Origin: an uncultured virus (IMG/VR IMGVR_UViG_3300044540_000317)
Taxonomy: Duplodnaviria; Heunggongvirae; Uroviricota; Caudoviricetes
Reading direction: 5' to 3' (one strand)
Virus record (IMG/VR): IMGVR_UViG_3300044540_000317
Length of the DNA stretch: 64,000 nucleotides
The notes beneath the pieces were generated by a model. The model was not told the origin of the DNA and did no database searches. It saw only the letters and a list, made by a program, of their open reading frames with translations. The number at the start of each line of letters is the position of its first letter. Within the stretch, counting starts at the first letter, position 1. Shown here one piece after another: positions 58,956 through 64,000 of this stretch. The position numbers and the translations under genes are program-made.

Positions 58956-60314
58956 GTGCTCCGACGTCAGCGTCCCGCGGTAGCGGCCGCAGCCACTGCG
59001 GGAATTCTGGCTCTCCTCGCGACCGCGGTGTGGTTCGGCCTTGAGCCGACGCCGCCAGCGCCGCCCGCCTTCGCCGAGCCGCAACACCGCCAGCCGGTTG
59101 TCACTCCCGCAGCGACAGCCGTCGCGGCGCTCGTTGACGCCTTCACCCCTCCTGCCGGCCAGGAGCCGACTTCGCCGGCATCCCGCATCACGCCCGCAGC
59201 TGACCGGTGTGCCCTTCCATTGACTTCCGCCGCTGCTGTCCGAATCGCCGGGTACTCCTCAGCGAAAGGGTCCGAGACTGCTGTCGCCGTACGTGCATAC
59301 CCGGCCGGATTGGGTGCCGAAGCCTCGACGGCTGTACGCGACGAGCTCCTCAACTGCCCCGGAGCTTCCCTGCTGGATGATGACCTCGGGTTCGGCGCCG
59401 AGTCGTACCTCATAGCCCTCCCCGGCACTCGAAGCAGTCCTGAACCGGTCCTGGTCGCGGTGGTCCGCGCCGGCGACGTCGTTGGAATGCTCACCGCCTC
59501 CCAGCAGGCGCCGGACCGCGTTACAACCGTTGTACGGACCTGGTTCGAAGCGTGGACTCCGGTGATGACTGTCGACATCTGCCCACAGCAGGCAACAACG
59601 GTCATCGATGCGACACGCAACCCCTCCCACCCGGACTATGCGGGCGGCTGGGTCCGCCGGGAGACCGTCACCCTCGACGGCGCGCGCGAATCGTCTGCCG
59701 ACATCGCCGGACGCATACTGCTACGCCAGGCGGCAGGGTTCGACGACGCAATCCCGCTGCCGACAGCGCCCCTCCCCGACCCCGCAGTCGCCCCGCTGCC
59801 CGACTTCCCCGCCGAGCTCACAGTCGTGCTCCCCGCGGACCGTCCACTGCGGCCGGAAGCTCCCCGCTACCCGCAACCTCCGACCACGGCGGTCACGGAA
59901 CCTATCGTTGCGAAAGATCCGGTCGGCCCTGGATGCGGATGGGCGTTCACCGGGCTGACCGCGCCTGACGCCGTCGAGCAGACACCTCCTCGAACTGCGG
60001 CGCAGAAGCGCATCGCCGCCGTCGCTGAGCTCGTCGAGGCGCGAGCCGCATGGTGGGTGGCCCGCTACGAATACGCCGTCGCGCACCGCCAGTTCGTGGC
60101 GGACGCGAAAGCCTGGAACGCCTGGCAGGCTCAGGCAACAACGACCATCGCGACAGCCTGGTGGAAGGCGTACGACGACGCATACCGCAGCTACCTCGAA
60201 GCGTCCGTGACGTACATCGCCGACTTCGCCGACTGGGAGGGATGTTCGCGCGACTGCGGTCCGGCCCCTACCTCACCCGTCCCGCCGGAGCAGCCGAAAC
60301 TGCCACGCCCCTAA
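58956..60314 (+). CDS. Membrane-anchored extracytoplasmic protein, Pro-rich
   Basis: N-terminal TM after RRQRP; paired Cys; DPVGPGCGWAF; start uncertain. Confidence 0.65.
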   Translation: MLRRQRPAVAAAATAGILALLATAVWFGLEPTPPAPPAFAEPQHRQPVVTPAATAVAALVDAFTPPAGQEPTSPASRITPAADRCALPLTSAAAVRIAGYSSAKGSETAVAVRAYPAGLGAEASTAVRDELLNCPGASLLDDDLGFGAESYLIALPGTRSSPEPVLVAVVRAGDVVGMLTASQQAPDRVTTVVRTWFEAWTPVMTVDICPQQATTVIDATRNPSHPDYAGGWVRRETVTLDGARESSADIAGRILLRQAAGFDDAIPLPTAPLPDPAVAPLPDFPAELTVVLPADRPLRPEAPRYPQPPTTAVTEPIVAKDPVGPGCGWAFTGLTAPDAVEQTPPRTAAQKRIAAVAELVEARAAWWVARYEYAVAHRQFVADAKAWNAWQAQATTTIATAWWKAYDDAYRSYLEASVTYIADFADWEGCSRDCGPAPTSPVPPEQPKLPRP

Positions 60315-60327
60315 GCAGGCGGGCGGG

Positions 60328-61101
60328 TCACAGAGCGGTCAGCTCGGTCACCCAGTCTGCGACTTCGGCTGATACGGCCGTGTCGAGCTTCGCGAGAGTC
60401 AATGTGATGAGCAGGCCCCTGCCGGCGTAAACGAGGACGCGCGCCTCGACAGTGAACGTGCCAGTTTGAGTGAACGTGGCTACACCACGGTCATCGATGA
60501 CAGGTGTTGCAGCATCTCTGCCGGACACGGCCAGAGTCTCCCCGACGATGTCGAGGACGTCCTGGTCGTACACGGACGCGAGCGGTCCCAGATCGGTGAC
60601 GGTCACGATAGGCGGAGGGGTCTGCGCGGGCGCCTCGGTCACCCGGTCGGCCGGCTCTGTAGGAGTTGCGGTCGGCTCGGCCCGCAGCGTGAACGCGAGG
60701 TCGGCACCGGATGCCGCGGAGGTCTTCCAGGTAGACGGCACCGGAATGCTCATCCCGGTCGGGAGGGTGACCGGGATGAGGGTGACTTCCGGTTCCGGCG
60801 ACGCTGTCGGCTCCTCGACGGGCACCCCCGACGAGGCCGGCGACGGCGATGCCGGAGCTGGTGCGGGCACTGTCGACTGGGGCGAGGACAGGCTCAGGGC
60901 GGCGAACAGCACGAACGCAACGCCGACAAGCAGCATGCTTGCGGCGGCCAAGCGACGCCCGTTCGGGTGCGGGTGCTGCAACAGCGACGTGCGAGCTGTC
61001 TGCGACGCGGCCCGTCCGGTTCGGGTGATGTACGCACTGGCCATGCGAGTGGCGCGCGCTGCTCGCGCGCGTACGGTTCTCAGAAGTGGCCGCAGCTTCA
61101 C
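60328..61101 (-). CDS. Membrane-anchored protein
   Basis: One TM, P/S/T linker, IPVPSTW; GTGA overlap with upstream gene. Confidence 0.6.
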   Translation of the reverse strand: MKLRPLLRTVRARAARATRMASAYITRTGRAASQTARTSLLQHPHPNGRRLAAASMLLVGVAFVLFAALSLSSPQSTVPAPAPASPSPASSGVPVEEPTASPEPEVTLIPVTLPTGMSIPVPSTWKTSAASGADLAFTLRAEPTATPTEPADRVTEAPAQTPPPIVTVTDLGPLASVYDQDVLDIVGETLAVSGRDAATPVIDDRGVATFTQTGTFTVEARVLVYAGRGLLITLTLAKLDTAVSAEVADWVTELTAL

Positions 61102-61595
61102 CGTCCGGACATCGGCTCCGGGCGGGGTTCGCCGAGCTCGAGGATGCTCCGCAACCAAGTGGCGGTGTCATCATCGGGATCGTCGATAGAGACACTCCCG
61201 CCCGGCAGGGCGGTGGCTGCGACTCGGAGGACCCCTAGCAAGGAGCTGACCGCGACTGTGCGAACTTCCTTTCCAGCCCGGTCCGGCTCAGGCCTCGTAT
61301 AGATGACTCCCACGCAGGTTCGTCCGCGCGGCAGTGCCTGGCGCACCAGCCGCGCGACCTCCGCGCCGGCGTCGCGCGCGCCGCTCTCGAGAACGAGAGT
61401 CCGCCGAGGGCGGTAATGGCGGGCAGCGTCAGCCGAGATCCCCGGCCCCGTGCCGAGAATGGTGACGTACAGCTCGCCGCGATCGTCGAAACACAGGACC
61501 GTTTCGGCGCACATCCCATCCCGTTCGCGGGACTGGACGGCCTGCGCGTGAACGAGGTCGGCGGTACGGCGGAACCAGCCCGCGTCAGCAGTCAT
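61098..61595 (-). CDS. Hypothetical protein
   Basis: TACCGT and GGAGG before ATG. Confidence 0.6.
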   Translation of the reverse strand: MTADAGWFRRTADLVHAQAVQSRERDGMCAETVLCFDDRGELYVTILGTGPGISADAARHYRPRRTLVLESGARDAGAEVARLVRQALPRGRTCVGVIYTRPEPDRAGKEVRTVAVSSLLGVLRVAATALPGGSVSIDDPDDDTATWLRSILELGEPRPEPMSGR

Positions 61596-61666
61596 GGCCT
61601 CCACGGTAGGGAACCGGTACCGCGGTCAGCGACAGGTCGGGCTCTGCGTAGCATTCGGCGGGACGG

Positions 61667-61702
61667 GCAAGGCCCGCCAGGGTGGACCGTGGCGGGCCTT
61701 GC
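61667..61702. terminator. 13-bp inverted repeat downstream of the Pth2-like gene
   Basis: GCAAGGCCCGCCA / TGGCGGGCCTTGC. Confidence 0.65.
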
Positions 61703-61754
61703 GGGGCTGGGGTCGCCCTTCATTTACGTAGTGCTGAACCGTATCGGCGTCCGG

Positions 61755-62453
61755 TCACGACCAGCGAGCGATGGCGGTAACGGTTCCGGGCGCGATCTCG
61801 GTGAAGCCGGCATCCTCGACCCGGACCGGCGCGAGGTCGACCAGGGTGCGCCAGCGCCACGGTTCGGGGTGCTCAACCGCAACCGGGTATCCGTCTGCAG
61901 CCCAGCGGTCGCGTCGACGGGCCGGCATTGCGGCGAGCGCGATTTGGGCGGCATGGCCCGCCGCAGCAGCCGCTTTCCCGAGCGAAAGGTGCGGGTCGGT
62001 GCTGATCGACACGACCAGGGGCCCGCTCGCGATCGGGGCCATTATCTCCGGGCCGAGGACGACTGGTTCCGAACCGGTCAGCTGCAGTCGGCGGATGCTG
62101 GACGGGATCTCGTTAACTGCGGTGGGGACCAGTGCGCGAACTGTCGCGCCGCCATGTGCGGAGACGGTGGCAATCAGGCCGGGTGCAGCGTCTACCTTCT
62201 CGAAGTCGGTGGCGGTCCGCGCACGGCGGGCATGCTTGCGGATCCGGCCGGCGGTCCACCGGACGATCGCGTCATGCCACTCCCCGCCGGGCTGGGAGCG
62301 CGGGTCGGTCAGGACGTGAACTACGGCGGTCGCAGCGGCGGAGCAGACGGCAGCGCGCGACGGAGTATCGCTGTTGCGCGGCATCCACGCGATCAGCTGC
62401 ATCGCCCACGGGCTCTCGCCGTCCGGGTCGACGTGGCGGGCATCTTCGCTCAC
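61755..62453 (-). CDS. Peptidyl-tRNA hydrolase 2 (Pth2)-like protein, actinobacterial type
   Basis: RIRKHARRAR, LSLGKAAAAAGHAAQ, VEDAGFTEIAPGTVT. Confidence 0.8.
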   Translation of the reverse strand: MSEDARHVDPDGESPWAMQLIAWMPRNSDTPSRAAVCSAAATAVVHVLTDPRSQPGGEWHDAIVRWTAGRIRKHARRARTATDFEKVDAAPGLIATVSAHGGATVRALVPTAVNEIPSSIRRLQLTGSEPVVLGPEIMAPIASGPLVVSISTDPHLSLGKAAAAAGHAAQIALAAMPARRRDRWAADGYPVAVEHPEPWRWRTLVDLAPVRVEDAGFTEIAPGTVTAIARWS

Positions 62454-62460
62454 GAGCACC

Positions 62461-62763
62461 TCACTGGTCCTGGCCGATGTCGAACAGGGACATGTCCGGC
62501 CCTGCGTCTGCGTCGTTGGCGGGAATCGCGAGAGGGATGTCCGCCCCGGCAGGGTCTGGGGCCTCGGTCCACTCCGAATATGTCGTGGTGACGGTTCGGA
62601 TCCGCATGATCGGCCGGGAGCCGAGCTGCACGTGCGCCTCGTAGCGGTGCCATGCGAACGCAGCATCGTCGAGGACGCCGGTCGGCACGAGCGACCCGTC
62701 GTTGCGATAGGCCCAGACCTCGTATTCGGTCCGGGTCGTGCTCCGGTCTGCGGTCATGGTCAT
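62461..62763 (-). CDS. Small hypothetical protein
   Basis: ATGA overlap with the HAD gene. Confidence 0.6.
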   Translation of the reverse strand: MTMTADRSTTRTEYEVWAYRNDGSLVPTGVLDDAAFAWHRYEAHVQLGSRPIMRIRTVTTTYSEWTEAPDPAGADIPLAIPANDADAGPDMSLFDIGQDQ

Positions 62764-63344
62764 GCTCCCGATGGGTCAAGGTGGGCGGCGATGCGAGTGA
62801 CATCGTTGAACGTCAGGCCGACAGCAGGGTCCGTCGCAATCAGCAGGCCGGGACTTGCTGGGAACGCTGACGCGTCGTCGGCGCCCGGCGTCAGACCCGC
62901 CATGGCGATGGCTTCGTCGTCGACCCATGCGTACGGGCGCGGATGCGCAGCGAGATGTGTTCGAAGCGCGACATGCTTCCAGGTTGCGGGGATGGCTCCG
63001 CGGTAGCGGGGAGGCTGCTTCGCGAGGACGAACCCGCCGGCGAGTCGACCGTCGAAAGCTTTCTCAACCAGCGCACGCGCGTTCGGGCCCCACGTGGTCA
63101 ACCAGCCCAAGCCGACCCGGCCGGAGGCGACGAGCTCGTCAAGTGCGTCGATGACGATGTCGTCGAAGTCGATGCGGTATTTCGCTCCGTGCGCGGTCCG
63201 CACTAGCCGCGACGACAGGCCGGCCGGCGGCGCGAGGTCGGGGTCGTCGAAGACGTTAAGGACCCCGTCGACGTCGAGGGCGAGCAGCGGCAGGCCAGTC
63301 GGAATGTCGGAGGGGCCAAGGAGCACCGGTCGGGTCGCGGTCAT
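62760..63344 (-). CDS. HAD-superfamily phosphatase (Swiss-army-knife RNA-repair HAD type)
   Basis: LLALDVDGVLN, WLTTW, WK, RPYAWVDDE, DPAVGLT. Confidence 0.8.
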   Translation of the reverse strand: MTATRPVLLGPSDIPTGLPLLALDVDGVLNVFDDPDLAPPAGLSSRLVRTAHGAKYRIDFDDIVIDALDELVASGRVGLGWLTTWGPNARALVEKAFDGRLAGGFVLAKQPPRYRGAIPATWKHVALRTHLAAHPRPYAWVDDEAIAMAGLTPGADDASAFPASPGLLIATDPAVGLTFNDVTRIAAHLDPSGA

Positions 63345-63865
63345 CGGCGGCGCTCCGTGCTCTTGACGATAGTGCCCTCGGGTACATCGAGGACGAGCTC
63401 GGCGGAGTACCCGCATGAGGGGGAGGTGCGTACGGTTCGGATCCAGTCGGGCAGATCTTCGCCCTCTTCGGCCGGCGCGACTCCGATCGCCCACGTGCCG
63501 CCGGCTTTCGTGTAGAGGGCTGTGACGACTAGGGCGCTGCCGTCTGGGGCGGTCAGGACGAGCTCGAGGCCGCCAGCGGGGGTGTTGTACTCGTCGCTGA
63601 TTGCTCCTTCGAGCTCGACAAGGTCGTCGCTGGCGCCGTAGACGCGCAGCTCGCGACGACCGGACAACACACGCCCGATCTCGTCGGCGGCGAGCCGATC
63701 GAGCAGGGCGCGGACCTGACAGGTCCCCCATTTCGCGCCGCAGCCACATTCCGCGTTCTGGTCATGCGCCTCATCGCCGGCGGTCGGATAGACCCGCTGA
63801 TGGTCGACATAGAGCGCCGCTCGCAACGCGACGGCGTCGCGAGCTTCGAAGTTGGGGGCAGTCAT
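63341..63865 (-). CDS. Phage-like hypothetical protein
   Basis: H...CGC...W.TC module then VYGASDDLVELEG; ATGA overlap with the HAD gene. Confidence 0.65.
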   Translation of the reverse strand: MTAPNFEARDAVALRAALYVDHQRVYPTAGDEAHDQNAECGCGAKWGTCQVRALLDRLAADEIGRVLSGRRELRVYGASDDLVELEGAISDEYNTPAGGLELVLTAPDGSALVVTALYTKAGGTWAIGVAPAEEGEDLPDWIRTVRTSPSCGYSAELVLDVPEGTIVKSTERRR

Positions 63866-64000
63866 GGCGCGGACGGTTCTCTCTACGGGGTCGACGGTCG
63901 GTCGACGATGTCGGTCAGGTTCTCGGGCTTGGGTGCGAAGCCCGCCAGGAGCATCGGCCAAATGACCGGCAGGGTGCACGCCTCGCCCTCTCCGTGGGTG

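Overview
High-GC window with actinobacterial-type genes that reads as part of a large extrachromosomal element (giant plasmid, phage-plasmid or jumbo phage) rather than a chromosome. Replication and repair genes (dnaE, dnaG, topoisomerase IV parE and intein-containing parC, nurA, Cas4-like exonuclease, Dam-like methylase, dNMP kinase, clpC) are scattered among many short phage-like hypotheticals and cell-surface genes (2768-aa DUF11-repeat wall protein, S8 protease-Fn3, CAP lipoprotein, GT-C-like membrane protein). I saw no capsid, terminase, relaxase, rRNA, tRNA or CRISPR. Main finding: ten (possibly eleven) otherwise unrelated + strand proteins, including a GNAT, a HAD 5'-nucleotidase and a GIY-YIG nuclease, start with a shared basic/Gly leader ([RQ]D-x(n)-G-[KRQ]-[FML]) plus a Pro/Ala linker. 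Most of these genes have a CGTTAG motif just upstream, which suggests a portable promoter plus targeting-tag cassette for cargo proteins. Two more promoter classes are readable: CCGATG-N8-start (eight exact cases, sigma28/WhiG-like) and TGTCGG-N10-TAnnnT (PafBC/RecA-NDp-like). A second protein family shares a C-terminal LRV-like tail, and the ParC intein sits at a site different from the classical GyrA intein. All family assignments come from motif recognition by eye; no searches were run.
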